Assembly: GCA_963843575.1 (NCBI GenBank)
Contig: CAWJKZ010000013.1
Location: 640,001-704,000 of the forward strand
Direction: 5' to 3'
DNA from: an uncultured Acidobacteriota bacterium
Lineage (GTDB): Bacteria > Acidobacteriota > UBA6911
Length of the DNA stretch: 64,000 nt
Both the position numbers and the translations under genes were made by a program. Under the pieces are notes generated by a model. That model worked only from the letters and a program-made list of their open reading frames with translations, had not been told where the DNA came from and did not search any database. Every line of letters begins with the position of its first letter. Position 1 is the first letter of the stretch. Positions 54,279-64,000 of this stretch are shown here, piece after piece.

Positions 54279-55574
54279 ATGATCGACCGCTATTTTCCCG
54301 CAGACATGGCCGAGATATGGTCGGAAGAAAACAAGTTCCGTGCGTGGCTCCGGGTCGAGGTGGAGACCTGCAGGATCCTTGCCGAGAAGGGCTGGATCCC
54401 GGCCGAGTCATTCGCGCACATCGAGAGCAAGGCCGGGTTTTCCCTCGAACGCATCCGGCAGATCGAGAAGGTGACGCACCACGACCTGATCGCCTTCACG
54501 ACCAGCGTGGCCGAATGCGTCGGCCCCGACTCCAGGTACATCCACTGGGGGCTGACCTCGACGGACGTGGTCGACACCGCGCAGGCCTTGCAGCTCCGCG
54601 CCGCCAACGAAATCCTGCTCGTCGAGCTCGACCGCCTGAGGGAGGCAATCGGCCGCCGGGCGCAGGAGCACCGCCGAACCCTCATGATGGGGCGCACCCA
54701 CGGGGTGCACGCGGAAGTCACCACCTTCGGGTTGAAACTGGCCGTGTGGTACGACGAGATGCGCCGGAACAGGGAACGCCTGGCGCGGGCCGCGGAACGC
54801 ATGCGGGTAGGCAAACTGTCGGGTGCCGTCGGGACGTTCGCACACCTCGGCCCGGACGTCGAGGCGCGCGTCTGCGAAAGGCTCGGCCTGAGAGCGGCGC
54901 GGATCTCGACCCAGACCCTGCAGCGTGACCGCCACGCCGAATACGTCTCCACCCTGGCCATCGTGGGGGCTTCGCTCGACAAGTTCGCCACCGAGATCCG
55001 CCACCTGCAGCGGACGGAAGTGCGGGAAGTGGAGGAGCCCTTCGCCGCCGGCCAGAAAGGCTCCTCGGCGATGCCGCACAAACGCAACCCGGTTAAGTGC
55101 GAGCAGGTCTGCGGCCTCGCCCGGCTGCTGCGCGGCTACGTCGTGACCGCGCTCGAGGACTGCGCCCTCTGGCACGAGCGAGACATTTCGCACTCGTCGG
55201 TCGAGCGCGTCATCCTGCCCGATTCAACGGCGGTGCTCTGCTATATGCTACGCACGATGACCTTTATCATCTCAGGACTGCTGGTCTACCCGGAGAGGAT
55301 GCTGCACAACATGGAGCTTACCCGAGGGTTGGCCTATTCAGGGCAGCTGCTGCTCGAGCTGACGCGGAAAGGCGTCAGCCGCGAGGACGCCTACGTCTGG
55401 GTGCAGCGCTGCTCGATGAAGGTCTGGAACGAGGACAAGGATTTTGTGCTGGCGGTCGAGGACGACCCGGATATCGCACGAGTGCTGACACCCGACGAGA
55501 TCCGCGCCGCCGTAAACCCGGAGCTGCAATTGCGCAACGTCGACGGCGTCTTCGCCCGCGTGTTCGAGGGCTGA
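54279..55574 (+). CDS. purB: Adenylosuccinate lyase
   Basis: [38 protein letters not shown]. Confidence 0.97.
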   Translation: MIDRYFPADMAEIWSEENKFRAWLRVEVETCRILAEKGWIPAESFAHIESKAGFSLERIRQIEKVTHHDLIAFTTSVAECVGPDSRYIHWGLTSTDVVDTAQALQLRAANEILLVELDRLREAIGRRAQEHRRTLMMGRTHGVHAEVTTFGLKLAVWYDEMRRNRERLARAAERMRVGKLSGAVGTFAHLGPDVEARVCERLGLRAARISTQTLQRDRHAEYVSTLAIVGASLDKFATEIRHLQRTEVREVEEPFAAGQKGSSAMPHKRNPVKCEQVCGLARLLRGYVVTALEDCALWHERDISHSSVERVILPDSTAVLCYMLRTMTFIISGLLVYPERMLHNMELTRGLAYSGQLLLELTRKGVSREDAYVWVQRCSMKVWNEDKDFVLAVEDDPDIARVLTPDEIRAAVNPELQLRNVDGVFARVFEG

Positions 55575-55598
55575 ACCGGCCGGGGCGCCTTTTAATCA

Positions 55599-55627
55599 TT
55601 GCATTTCCGGCCCCCAGTTCCTATCAT
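55599..55627 (+). promoter_or_regulatory. sigma70 promoter for the rpmH operon
   Basis: TTGCAT-N17-TATCAT. Confidence 0.6.
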
Positions 55628-55659
55628 ACTGGTTTTCACATTTTCAGCCGGAGACGTAC

Positions 55660-55803
55660 GTGGCAAAGAGGACGTTCCAGCCCAACAACAGCAAACGAAA
55701 GAAAACCCACGGCTTCAAGTCCAGAATGGCGACTAAGGGCGGCCGGCTCGTTTTGAAGAGACGGCGGGCCAAAGGCCGCAAGAGGCTGACGGTGAGTGGC
55801 TAA
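55660..55803 (+). CDS. rpmH: 50S ribosomal protein L34 (absent from the ORF track)
   Basis: Hand translation: [47 protein letters not shown]. Confidence 0.97.
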   Translation: MAKRTFQPNNSKRKKTHGFKSRMATKGGRLVLKRRRAKGRKRLTVSG

Positions 55804-56224
55804 CACGGCCAGTGAGGGATTTCCCCGGCGGCACCGTATCGTGCACGGGGCGCACTACCGGGCAGTCTATGCCGCCGGCACGAAACTCCATTCCGAGAGG
55901 TTTGTGCTCTTCGGCTGCGAAAACAGCCTGAGTCATCACCGCCTCGGAATAACCGTGTCGCGGAAGGTCGGGGGGGCCGTGGTCCGCAACCGCGTCAAGC
56001 GCCTTTTCCGAGAGATTTTTCGCAAGTCCTTCGCCGAGATTCCTGGCCACTTCGATTTTGTGGTAAACGCCAGGCGCAGCTGCGCTGGTGTGTGCTATCT
56101 TGTTCTTAAGGAAGAGTTTACGGCTACGGCGCGGAAGATCTGCGTCCGGGGTAACCTTCAACCCCCGGCGGGTGCTGGAGACGGCAATGAAGGCGATGAT
56201 CCTTCTGGTCCTGCGGGGCTATAA
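55796..56224 (+). CDS. rnpA: Ribonuclease P protein component
   Basis: [21 protein letters not shown] motif; synteny after rpmH. Confidence 0.95.
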   Translation: MANTASEGFPRRHRIVHGAHYRAVYAAGTKLHSERFVLFGCENSLSHHRLGITVSRKVGGAVVRNRVKRLFREIFRKSFAEIPGHFDFVVNARRSCAGVCYLVLKEEFTATARKICVRGNLQPPAGAGDGNEGDDPSGPAGL

Positions 56225-56396
56225 GCGATTCGTATCCCCCCTGTTGCCCCGGGCGTGCCGTTTCGAGCCGACGTGCTCGGTGTATGTGTATCAGGCCATA
56301 GAAAGGAAAGGAGTCCTCAAGGGACTCTGGCTGGGGATCCGCCGACTCGTACGGTGCCACCCGTTTTGTGCTGGCGGGTACGATCCGGTTCCCTAG
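56187..56396 (+). CDS. yidD: Membrane protein insertion efficiency factor
   Basis: YKRFVSP...CRFEPTCS.Y...RCHPF..GGYDPVP. Confidence 0.95.
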   Translation: MKAMILLVLRGYKRFVSPLLPRACRFEPTCSVYVYQAIERKGVLKGLWLGIRRLVRCHPFCAGGYDPVP

Positions 56397-56413
56397 CGTC
56401 CCCGGACTGACCT

Positions 56414-58105
56414 ATGGAAAAAAGAGCTCTGGCCGCCATCGCACTCTCGATCCTGGTGCTGCTCGCGTTCCGTTACGTCGAGGAGCGGCGGATGGGGGAT
56501 GCCGCCCGGCGCCGGCCTGTCCCCGCCAGGCAGGCGCCCGCATCTCCGGCGGCACCGTCGGTCACCCCTGCCGCCCCGGCAGAGCCGGCAAGCGCCGAGC
56601 AGCCTCCACAGTCAACCGCGGCGGGAGCGGCGGATACGAGCGCCGCCCCCCGGACCGTGACCGTGGAGTCCGACCTCTACCGGGCGGTCCTCGACAACCG
56701 CGGCGCCGTGTTCACGAGCTGGCAGCTGAAGAAGTACACGGGGGCGCGGGGCGAGCCATTCGAGATGGTAGCGGGGGGCAACGGCCCTGAGGCGCGCTTC
56801 CCCGGCACGATCGCCTTCGAGGATGCCTCGGCCTCCGGTACGGCGGCGCGCGAGAACTACGAGGTGGTTACCGAAGGCGGCGGCCCCGGACCCCTCACCC
56901 CACCTGCGACGGTGACGATGCGGTTGCGCCGAGGCGACCTGACCGTCGAGAAGACCTTCCGTTTCGACAAGGACAACTACATAGCCCAGGTGTCGCTGCT
57001 CACCGAGAAGGCCGGGCGCCCTCTTCCGGGACGGTTCATCGTCGGGCAGGATATCGGGCCCGAACACGAACACCTGCTCAATCCCTCGATTCAGCTTTCT
57101 GCCGTCTACAGCCTGGCGGGCAAGGTGCACCGCGAGGCGCCGCCCAAAGACGAGAACGAGATCAAGCCGATCGCGGGCGATGTACGTTGGGCGGGGCTGG
57201 AAATGCAGTATTTCGCGATGCTCGCGATCCCGGCCCAGCCGATCCAGCTCTTCGAGGTACAAAAGAGGCCGATGCAGGCGGTCGGCCTGGACGGCAAAGA
57301 GTTCACGCGGCAATTGGTGCGGGTGACGGTCCCCGAAAACGGTAAGGCGGACTTCCGCATGTACGTCGGCCCAAAGGAACAGTCGTTGCTGGAGAAGGTA
57401 CCCGGGGTCGACCTGTCCGGTGTCATCGACTACGGCATGTTCTCCTTTCTGGTGCGTCCGCTGCTGTTCTCGCTGAAGTGGATCCATCAGTACGTGCACA
57501 ACTGGGGCGCCGCCATCATCCTCCTCACCCTTGCCCTGACCCTACTGCTGTTCCCGTTCCGTCTCAAGCAGATGGCCTCGATGAAGCGGATGCAGGTGAT
57601 CCAGCCCAAGATCAAGGAGATCCAGGAACGCTACAAGAAGTACAAGAAGACGGACCCGAAGCGCGCCGAGATGAACCAGGAGATGATGGCGCTCTACAAG
57701 GAACACAATGTCAACCCGCTCGGGGGGTGCGTTCCGCTCCTGTTGCAGATGCCGCTGCTGTTTGCGTTCTATCAGCTTCTTGCCGTCTCCATCGAGCTGC
57801 GGCACGCGCCGTTCATGCTCTGGATCCAGGATCTCGCCGTCAAGGACCCCTATTACGTCCTTCCGGTCGTCATGGGGATCACGATGTTGGTTTCGCAGAA
57901 GATGACGCCCATGACCCCCGGCACCGACCCGACCCAAGCCAAGATGATGATGTTCATGCCGGTGGTCTTTACCGTCATGTTTTTCAATATTTCCAGCGGC
58001 TTGAACCTGTATTTTCTGTGCAGTAATATCTTCCAGATCGCTTTCCAGAAAGTGGCGGAGAGGTGGTTAGGTGACCGACAATCCCCTCGCAAATCCAGAG
58101 CCTGA
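56414..58105 (+). CDS. yidC: Membrane protein insertase
   Basis: N-terminal TM, periplasmic domain, NWGAAII, NPLGGC.P.LLQMP, WIQDL..DPYY. Confidence 0.97.
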   Translation: MEKRALAAIALSILVLLAFRYVEERRMGDAARRRPVPARQAPASPAAPSVTPAAPAEPASAEQPPQSTAAGAADTSAAPRTVTVESDLYRAVLDNRGAVFTSWQLKKYTGARGEPFEMVAGGNGPEARFPGTIAFEDASASGTAARENYEVVTEGGGPGPLTPPATVTMRLRRGDLTVEKTFRFDKDNYIAQVSLLTEKAGRPLPGRFIVGQDIGPEHEHLLNPSIQLSAVYSLAGKVHREAPPKDENEIKPIAGDVRWAGLEMQYFAMLAIPAQPIQLFEVQKRPMQAVGLDGKEFTRQLVRVTVPENGKADFRMYVGPKEQSLLEKVPGVDLSGVIDYGMFSFLVRPLLFSLKWIHQYVHNWGAAIILLTLALTLLLFPFRLKQMASMKRMQVIQPKIKEIQERYKKYKKTDPKRAEMNQEMMALYKEHNVNPLGGCVPLLLQMPLLFAFYQLLAVSIELRHAPFMLWIQDLAVKDPYYVLPVVMGITMLVSQKMTPMTPGTDPTQAKMMMFMPVVFTVMFFNISSGLNLYFLCSNIFQIAFQKVAERWLGDRQSPRKSRA

Positions 58106-58565
58106 CCGTGGCATCGAGGCGACCGCGCGGGACGTGGAAGCGTTCTGCAGCCGGCTGGTGAGCGTGATGCGTCTGGAGCTCAATACCTCCGCCTCTGAGG
58201 AGCAGGGCACAATCCGGGTGAATTTTTCGGGCCCCGACAGGCCCATCCTCCTGTCCGGCAACGCGCAGGTGCTCAACTGCATGGAGTATCTGGTAGGCCG
58301 CACGTTCCGAACCGGCAGGGGGGCGCGTATAGCCTCGATCCTGCTCGACTCGGACAGTTACCGCCAGCACCGCGAAGCGGAACTCGTCCTGCTGGCCCAG
58401 ATGGCGTCCCAGAAGGTGATAGCGCAGAAAAAACCGCTGACCCTGCAGCCGATGACCCCGCGCGAGCGCCGCATCGTCCACCTGGCGCTCGCCTCCGTCG
58501 CGGGGGTCCGCTCCGAGAGCGATGGGGAGGGGGACAACCGGAGCGTCACCATCTTCCCCGGATAG
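58071..58565 (+). CDS. jag: Jag/KhpB-like RNA-binding protein (KH-like plus R3H)
   Basis: PMTPRERRIVHLAL...SESDGEG..R R3H domain; synteny yidC-jag-mnmE. Confidence 0.85.
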   Translation: MTDNPLANPEPDRGIEATARDVEAFCSRLVSVMRLELNTSASEEQGTIRVNFSGPDRPILLSGNAQVLNCMEYLVGRTFRTGRGARIASILLDSDSYRQHREAELVLLAQMASQKVIAQKKPLTLQPMTPRERRIVHLALASVAGVRSESDGEGDNRSVTIFPG

Positions 58566-58682
58566 GAGCACCCGTCCGGGAGCCCGGGAGGGGCATCGCC
58601 CCGGGACGGCGTCGCGGACGCAAAGCTTACCTCACCTCTCCCGCTCCCCGTGTCCGCCGCTTGTTTTTGGCCCGCACCTGAG

Positions 58683-60068
58683 ATGCACGATTTGAACGAC
58701 ACAATCTGCGCCCTATCGACTGCGCCCGGTCGCGGGGGCATCGCACTGGTGCGCATGAGTGGCAACCGTAGTTTCGAGTTCCTGGACCGGGTGTTCGCGC
58801 CCGAGCGCGGGAGCGGGGGCCCGGCGGTGCCCCGTTCGGCCGTCCTCGGCCGAATTGTCGACCCTCGGTCGGGGGACGAGGTCGACCAGGTGCTGGCGAC
58901 ACGCTTTCCAGCGCCCCACTCGTACACGGGCGAGGACGTCACCGAGATCTCGCTGCACGGGAGCCCTGTGCTGGTCGCCGCGGTGCTGGACGTGCTTTGC
59001 GGCTGCGGCGCGCGCTTGGCGGGCCCCGGGGAATTCACGATGCGGGCATTCCTTCACGGCCGGCTCGACTTGGCGCAGGCGGAGGCGGTGAGGGACATCG
59101 TGGACGCGACCACGCTCTACCAGGCTCGGGTCGCGTCGCGGCAGCGCGACGGGGAGCTCTCGAACGCCCTCGCGCCGTTGAAGGACCTGCTGGTCAACAT
59201 CGTCGTCCAGCTCGAATCCGCGGTGGAGTTCGTGGAGCAGGATCTGGTCACCGAGTCGCGCGAGGCGCTGGCGGCGCGCCTGGAAGAAGCGCTCGTGTGG
59301 ACCTCGGGGTGGATCGACTCGTTCCGGCGCGGGCGGATCGTGCGCGAAGGTTTCAGCCTGGCGGTCGCCGGACGCCCGAACGTCGGGAAGAGCAGCGTGT
59401 TCAACTCCCTGCTGTCGCGGGACCGCTCGATCGTGACCGAGCTGCCGGGCACGACGCGGGACCTCGTGTCGGAGGACACGAGCCTGCGGGGGATTCCGGT
59501 CCGGCTGCTCGACACGGCCGGGGTGCGGGATTCCGAAGACCGGATCGAGCGGCTCGGGGTGGACCGGAGCTACCGGGCGATGGCCGATGCGGATGCGGTG
59601 CTGCACGTGGTGGATGCGAGCGCGGCTCCGGAGGGGGAAGACGAGCGGCTGCGCGCCCACCTTTCCGGGCTGCCGTGCATCGTGGTATTCAACAAGGCGG
59701 ACCTGCCGAGCGCGTGGCCGGATACCGAACGGGAGGGGTTCGGGCTCCCCAATCCCTGGGTCACCGTCTCGGCCCTGAGCGGCGCCGGCATGGACGGGCT
59801 GCGAGACACGATCCTGCGGCTCCTGTGCGGCGACGCGGGGGCGTCCCAGGACGGTCCCTTGGTCACAAACCTGCGTCATTGCCGGTGTCTCGAGGCGGTG
59901 CTGGAGCGGGTGGGGCGCGCGCAGCAAGCCCTGCGCGCCTCGGCCTCGGAGGAGCTGGTGCTGGTCGACCTGCACGCCGCGCTGAGTGAACTGGGCGCCA
60001 TAACGGGCGAGACGACCGTCGAAGACCTGCTCGGGGAAATCTTCTCGCGCTTCTGTGTCGGGAAATAG
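58683..60068 (+). CDS. mnmE: tRNA modification GTPase
   Basis: [37 protein letters not shown]-terminal FCVGK. Confidence 0.97.
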   Translation: MHDLNDTICALSTAPGRGGIALVRMSGNRSFEFLDRVFAPERGSGGPAVPRSAVLGRIVDPRSGDEVDQVLATRFPAPHSYTGEDVTEISLHGSPVLVAAVLDVLCGCGARLAGPGEFTMRAFLHGRLDLAQAEAVRDIVDATTLYQARVASRQRDGELSNALAPLKDLLVNIVVQLESAVEFVEQDLVTESREALAARLEEALVWTSGWIDSFRRGRIVREGFSLAVAGRPNVGKSSVFNSLLSRDRSIVTELPGTTRDLVSEDTSLRGIPVRLLDTAGVRDSEDRIERLGVDRSYRAMADADAVLHVVDASAAPEGEDERLRAHLSGLPCIVVFNKADLPSAWPDTEREGFGLPNPWVTVSALSGAGMDGLRDTILRLLCGDAGASQDGPLVTNLRHCRCLEAVLERVGRAQQALRASASEELVLVDLHAALSELGAITGETTVEDLLGEIFSRFCVGK

Positions 60069-60069
60069 G

Positions 60070-61962
60070 ATGAAGAGCCGTTTTCACGAGTCTTTCGACG
60101 TGGTGGTCGTCGGCGCGGGTCACGCCGGGTGCGAGGCCGCCGTGGCGTCGGCGCGCCTGGGGGCGGACACGGCGCTTTTCACGCTTAACCTGGACCTGGT
60201 GGCGCAGATGTCGTGCAACCCGGCCATCGGCGGGATCGCCAAGGGGCATCTCGTCCGGGAGATCGACGCCCTCGGCGGCGTCATGGGGGAAGTCGCCGAC
60301 CGGACGGGGATCCAGTTCCGGCTGCTGAACCGCAGCCGCGGCCCTGCCGTCCAGGCGCCGCGCTGCCAGTCTGATAAGTCTCGATATCGCAATGAGATGC
60401 GCAGATTATTGGAGGCGCATAACAACCTCCGCCTGCGCCAGTGCGAGGTGGTCGGTCTGGCAGTCGAGGGCGGGGGCGTGGCGGGGGTCGAACTCCTGGA
60501 CGGGAGGCTGGTCGGGGCGCGCGCGGTGGTTATCACGACCGGGACCTTCCTGAACGGGCTGGTACACGTCGGGGACCGGCGTTATCCCGCCGGGCGCAAC
60601 GGCGAGTCGCCGTCGGTGCTGCTCGGGGAGTGGCTGCGCCAAGCCGGTTTCCGGGTGGGGAGGCTGAAGACGGGGACGCCGCCGCGGATCGACGGGCGGA
60701 CGATCGACTACGGCCGGTTCGAGGAGCAGGCGGGGGATCCCGAGCCGACCTTCTTCTCGTTTTGGAGCGAGGCGGTAGCATTACGACAAGTGTCATGTTA
60801 TGTTGGATATACGGGTGGAAAGATGCACGACGTGGTGCGGCGCAACCTGGGTCGTTCCGCGCTGTACGGCGGTGCGATCAGGGGGATCGGGCCGCGGTAT
60901 TGTCCCAGCATCGAGGACAAGGTGGTGAAGTTCGCCGACAAGGAGCGGCACCAGCTTTTTCTGGAGCCGGAGGGGTTGGACACGCACGAAGTGTATCTGA
61001 ACGGGCTGTCGACCAGCATGCCGGCGGAGGTGCAGCAGGAGATGCTCGAGGCGGTGCCGGGGCTGGAGGGGGCGAAGATGATCCGGCCGGGGTACGCGAT
61101 CGAGTACGACTTCATCGATCCGACGGAGCTGATGCCGTCGCTGGAGACCAAGAGGGTGGCGGGGCTCTACTACGCGGGGCAGATCAACGGGACGACCGGG
61201 TACGAGGAGGCGGCGGCGCAGGGGCTGGTCGCGGGGATAAACGCGGCGCTGAAGGCGGCAGGCAGGGATGCGGTGCACTTTCCGCGGGAGGGGAGCTACA
61301 TCGGGACGTTGTTGGACGACCTGGTGACGCGAGGGGTGGACGAGCCTTACCGCATGTTCACGTCGCGGTCGGAGGTTCGTTTGCTGCTGCGGATCGACAA
61401 CGCAGACCGGCGTCTGACGCCGACGGGTCACGCCCTGGGGCTGGTGCCGGAGGCGCATTTCCGGAAGTTCCAGGAGAAGTACGAGCAGGTGGAGGGGGCT
61501 CTCCGTTTTCTGCGCGGGCGTCGTTACGACCCGGGCGAGGCGTCGTGCCCGGAGCTCGAGGCGAAGGTGGGCGGGGCCGGGGCGAAGGGGGCGACGCTGG
61601 AGCAGCTGCTGCGGCGGCCGGGGGTGGTGCTGGACGATTTGGATCCGGTGTTGCGGAGGCACGGCGTGGTGCTGTCCGGGGCGGCGCGGTGCGCGGTGGA
61701 GGTCGAGGTGCGCTACGACGGTTACATCGCGCAGCAGCGCCGGGACGCCGAGAGGATTGGCCGTCTTGCGGCGCGGCGGATCCCGGAGGATCTCGACTAC
61801 GGGAAGATCGAGGGGCTGAGCCGCGAGATGCGGGAGAAGCTGGTGCGGGTGCGGCCGCGGGACCTCGGGATGGCGGCGCGGATCCCGGGGGTGACGCCGG
61901 CCGCCGTATCGATCCTCAACGTGCAGATCGAGATGCGCCGGCGCAGGCGGGGTCCGGAGTAA
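60070..61962 (+). CDS. mnmG: tRNA uridine 5-carboxymethylaminomethyl modification enzyme GidA
   Basis: [53 protein letters not shown]. Confidence 0.98.
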   Translation: MKSRFHESFDVVVVGAGHAGCEAAVASARLGADTALFTLNLDLVAQMSCNPAIGGIAKGHLVREIDALGGVMGEVADRTGIQFRLLNRSRGPAVQAPRCQSDKSRYRNEMRRLLEAHNNLRLRQCEVVGLAVEGGGVAGVELLDGRLVGARAVVITTGTFLNGLVHVGDRRYPAGRNGESPSVLLGEWLRQAGFRVGRLKTGTPPRIDGRTIDYGRFEEQAGDPEPTFFSFWSEAVALRQVSCYVGYTGGKMHDVVRRNLGRSALYGGAIRGIGPRYCPSIEDKVVKFADKERHQLFLEPEGLDTHEVYLNGLSTSMPAEVQQEMLEAVPGLEGAKMIRPGYAIEYDFIDPTELMPSLETKRVAGLYYAGQINGTTGYEEAAAQGLVAGINAALKAAGRDAVHFPREGSYIGTLLDDLVTRGVDEPYRMFTSRSEVRLLLRIDNADRRLTPTGHALGLVPEAHFRKFQEKYEQVEGALRFLRGRRYDPGEASCPELEAKVGGAGAKGATLEQLLRRPGVVLDDLDPVLRRHGVVLSGAARCAVEVEVRYDGYIAQQRRDAERIGRLAARRIPEDLDYGKIEGLSREMREKLVRVRPRDLGMAARIPGVTPAAVSILNVQIEMRRRRRGPE

Positions 61963-61970
61963 GGGGGGCC

Positions 61971-62624
61971 ATGGACGCGGCGGAGGGACTGGAGCGGCTG
62001 ATTGCAGGGGCGGGGGTGGATGCGGCCGCCGGGGAGCGTCTGAGGGTTTACCTCCGGCTGCTGCTGAAGTGGAATGCGCGGCTTAACCTGACGGGCCGGA
62101 CCGACTGGGAGGGGCTCGGGCCGCACTTCGGCGAGGGGGTATGGGCGGCGGCGCTCGGGAGGTGGGAGCCTGCGCTTCACCTGGACATCGGGAGCGGCGC
62201 GGGATTCCCGGCGCTGCCGATGGCGGCTTTGCGGCCGCGGGGGCGCTTCGAACTGGTGGAGGCTCGGGCGCGCCGCTGCGTGTTCCTGGAGGTGGCGGCG
62301 CGGGAGCTGGGGCTGACGGGCGTCCGGGTGTGCCAGCTGAGGCTGTCGGACTACCTTGCGGAGAACGCGGCGGGCGGCTGGGATCGCGTCAGCTGGAAAG
62401 GGGTGCGGCTCGGCGCGCGGGACGCGGATGGGCTGTTGCGCCGGGGGGCGCCCGGGGTGGAATTCTGGCTCTTTCACGGCCGGGAACTCCCGGTCGAGGA
62501 GCCTGAGGCGTGGCTGCGGGCCGTGCGGCTGACGCGCCGGGTTAGCTTCCCCGGCAAGGCTGGCTGGTTCCTGTCGATCTACCGGCGGCAGCCGGACCTT
62601 CCTGTTTCACGTGAAACAAGCTGA
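61971..62624 (+). CDS. rsmG: 16S rRNA m7G527 methyltransferase GidB
   Basis: WNARLNLT, LDIGSGAGFP; synteny mnmG-rsmG-parA. Confidence 0.9.
   Translation: MDAAEGLERLIAGAGVDAAAGERLRVYLRLLLKWNARLNLTGRTDWEGLGPHFGEGVWAAALGRWEPALHLDIGSGAGFPALPMAALRPRGRFELVEARARRCVFLEVAARELGLTGVRVCQLRLSDYLAENAAGGWDRVSWKGVRLGARDADGLLRRGAPGVEFWLFHGRELPVEEPEAWLRAVRLTRRVSFPGKAGWFLSIYRRQPDLPVSRETS
62603..62618. promoter_or_regulatory. parS: parS centromere site 1 (perfect)
   Basis: TGTTTCACGTGAAACA, canonical palindrome, inside the rsmG 3' end. Confidence 0.93.
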
Positions 62625-62640
62625 ACTTCACGAAACGGAC

Positions 62641-62671
62641 GCGCGCGGGGGGCGCCCCGCCGCGCTTTTTT
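62641..62671 (+). terminator. Intrinsic terminator after rsmG
   Basis: GC-rich stem GCGCGCGGGG/CCCCGCCGCGC followed by T6. Confidence 0.6.
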
Positions 62672-62686
62672 GCTTCACGTGAAACA
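62671..62686. promoter_or_regulatory. parS: parS centromere site 2 (one mismatch)
   Basis: TGCTTCACGTGAAACA upstream of parA. Confidence 0.85.
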
Positions 62687-62733
62687 ATTCCCGCGCAAAG
62701 TGTGCTATTCTCCGGCCGAGCGCGCGCGACGCC

Positions 62734-63509
62734 ATGGCCAAAATCATCTCCATCACGAACCAGAAGGGGGGCGTGGGCAAGACCACCACGGCCATCAACC
62801 TCGGCGCCGCGCTCGCCTGCGCCGACATGCGCGTGCTCATCGTCGACACCGACGCCCAGGCCAACTGCACGAGCGGGCTCGGCTTCGCCAAGGGGGGGGG
62901 CGCAAGAGCATCTACGACGCGCTCATCCGGGAGGAACCGCTCGAGCGCCTGCTCGTCGACACCGAACTGGACAGCCTGAAACTCGTCCCCGCCGACCGCA
63001 GCCTCACCGGGGCTGCCATCGAGATGATCGAGCTTCCCGACCGGGAGATGATCCTGAAGCGTCTGCTGCAACCGCTCCTCCACCGCTTCGACTTCATCCT
63101 GATCGACACCCCCCCGTCGCTCAACATCCTCACGCTGAACGGGCTCGTCGCCGCGCACTCCGTCCTGATCCCGATACAATGCGAGTACTTCGCCCTCGAG
63201 GGGATCTCCGACCTCATGGACACGCTCGCCCGCGTGCGCCGCACCCTGAACCCCTCCCTCGCCGTCCAGGGGATCCTCCTGACCATGTTCGACGAACGGA
63301 CCAACCTCAGCGCGCAGGTCCGGGCCGACCTGCGCAAGTTTTTCCCGACCCAGATGCTGCAGACCGTCATCCCCCGCAACGTGCGGCTGGCCGAGGCTCC
63401 GAGCTTCGGTAAGCCTATAATGCTCTATGACATACGCTCAAAGGGCGCCGACAGCTATATCGCCCTCGCGAAGGAAATCCTGAACCATGAAAAAAAAGGT
63501 CTTGGGTAG
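62734..63509 (+). CDS. parA: Chromosome partitioning ATPase ParA/Soj (frameshift in a G9 run)
   Basis: [43 protein letters not shown]. Confidence 0.95.
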
Positions 63510-64000
63510 AGGGTTGGAAGCGCTGATCCCGGAAGTCGAACGGGCCGAGCCCGCGACCTCGGACATCGACCTCGACCGGATCACCCCCAACCCGGAGCAG
63601 CCGCGCCTGCATATCGACGACGCCCGGCTCGAAGGGCTCGCCGCCTCGATACGGGAAAACGGCGTCCTGCAGCCGATCCTCGTCCGCCCCAAGGGGGACG
63701 GCTACGAACTCGTCGCCGGTGAACGCCGCGTCGCCGCCGCGCAGCGCGCCGGACTGCTCAAAATACCCGCCGTCGTGCGCAGCGTCCCCGACGAGCGGCT
63801 CCTCGAGCTCGCCCTCGTCGAGAACATCCAGCGCGAGGAGCTCAACCCCATCGAGGAGGCGCAGGCCTACCAGCGGCTCGCCGAGGAGCTCGCCATCACG
63901 CAGGAACAGCTCGCCGCCCGCCTGGGCAAGGAACGGAGCACCGTCGCCAACGCCCTCCGGCTCCTCAAACTCCCCAAGACCGTCAGGGAACTCGTCGCCT
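63487..64000 (+). CDS. parB: Chromosome partitioning protein ParB (truncated by window end)
   Basis: Hand translation: [14 protein letters not shown]...PNPEQPR...GVLQPILVR...VAGERR...ENIQREELNPIEEA, HTH region. Confidence 0.96.
   Translation, partial: MKKKVLGRGLEALIPEVERAEPATSDIDLDRITPNPEQPRLHIDDARLEGLAASIRENGVLQPILVRPKGDGYELVAGERRVAAAQRAGLLKIPAVVRSVPDERLLELALVENIQREELNPIEEAQAYQRLAEELAITQEQLAARLGKERSTVANALRLLKLPKTVRELVA

Noticed and set aside
62892-62900. G9 tract in parA as a phase-variation switch
   Set aside because: Homopolymer length errors are the commonest long-read artefact, and this assembly has many other indels.

Overview
High-GC bacterial chromosome segment near the origin. Gene content (B-box/DUF5668/DUF4097 ECF operon, TonB_C proteins, short Jag, J-domain/TPR protein) suggests Acidobacteriota, which is inference. 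It is almost entirely core genes: dnaN-recF-gyrB-gyrA, rpsU, a nucleoside salvage cluster (pdp-punA-cdd-mtaD-deoB, hpt), ispG, aspS, hutH, nrdR-hsp20-lon, thiL, rnc, serS, galU-purD-purE-mtaB, acpS, pgeF, rlmN, purB and rpmH-rnpA-yidD-yidC-jag-mnmE-mnmG-rsmG-parA-parB with two parS sites. Several conserved genes are split by small indels, most likely read/assembly errors. I found no rRNA, tRNA, CRISPR array, transposase or phage genes. Most notable observations: (1) a sharp G-rich to C-rich strand-composition switch centred on parS although all flanking genes are on the same strand; (2) an ECF sigma / mini anti-sigma / two TonB_C protein module with a duplicated GTGCACG-N16-GRCTC-N3-CCTCCG promoter-like motif; (3) a riboswitch-like leader with competing helices and a terminator upstream of DUF2062-TPR-rnc; (4) a Lia/toast-rack-like ECF operon whose GAAC-N17-CGT motif recurs before a distant secreted-protein gene; (5) two families of REP-like palindromic repeats.
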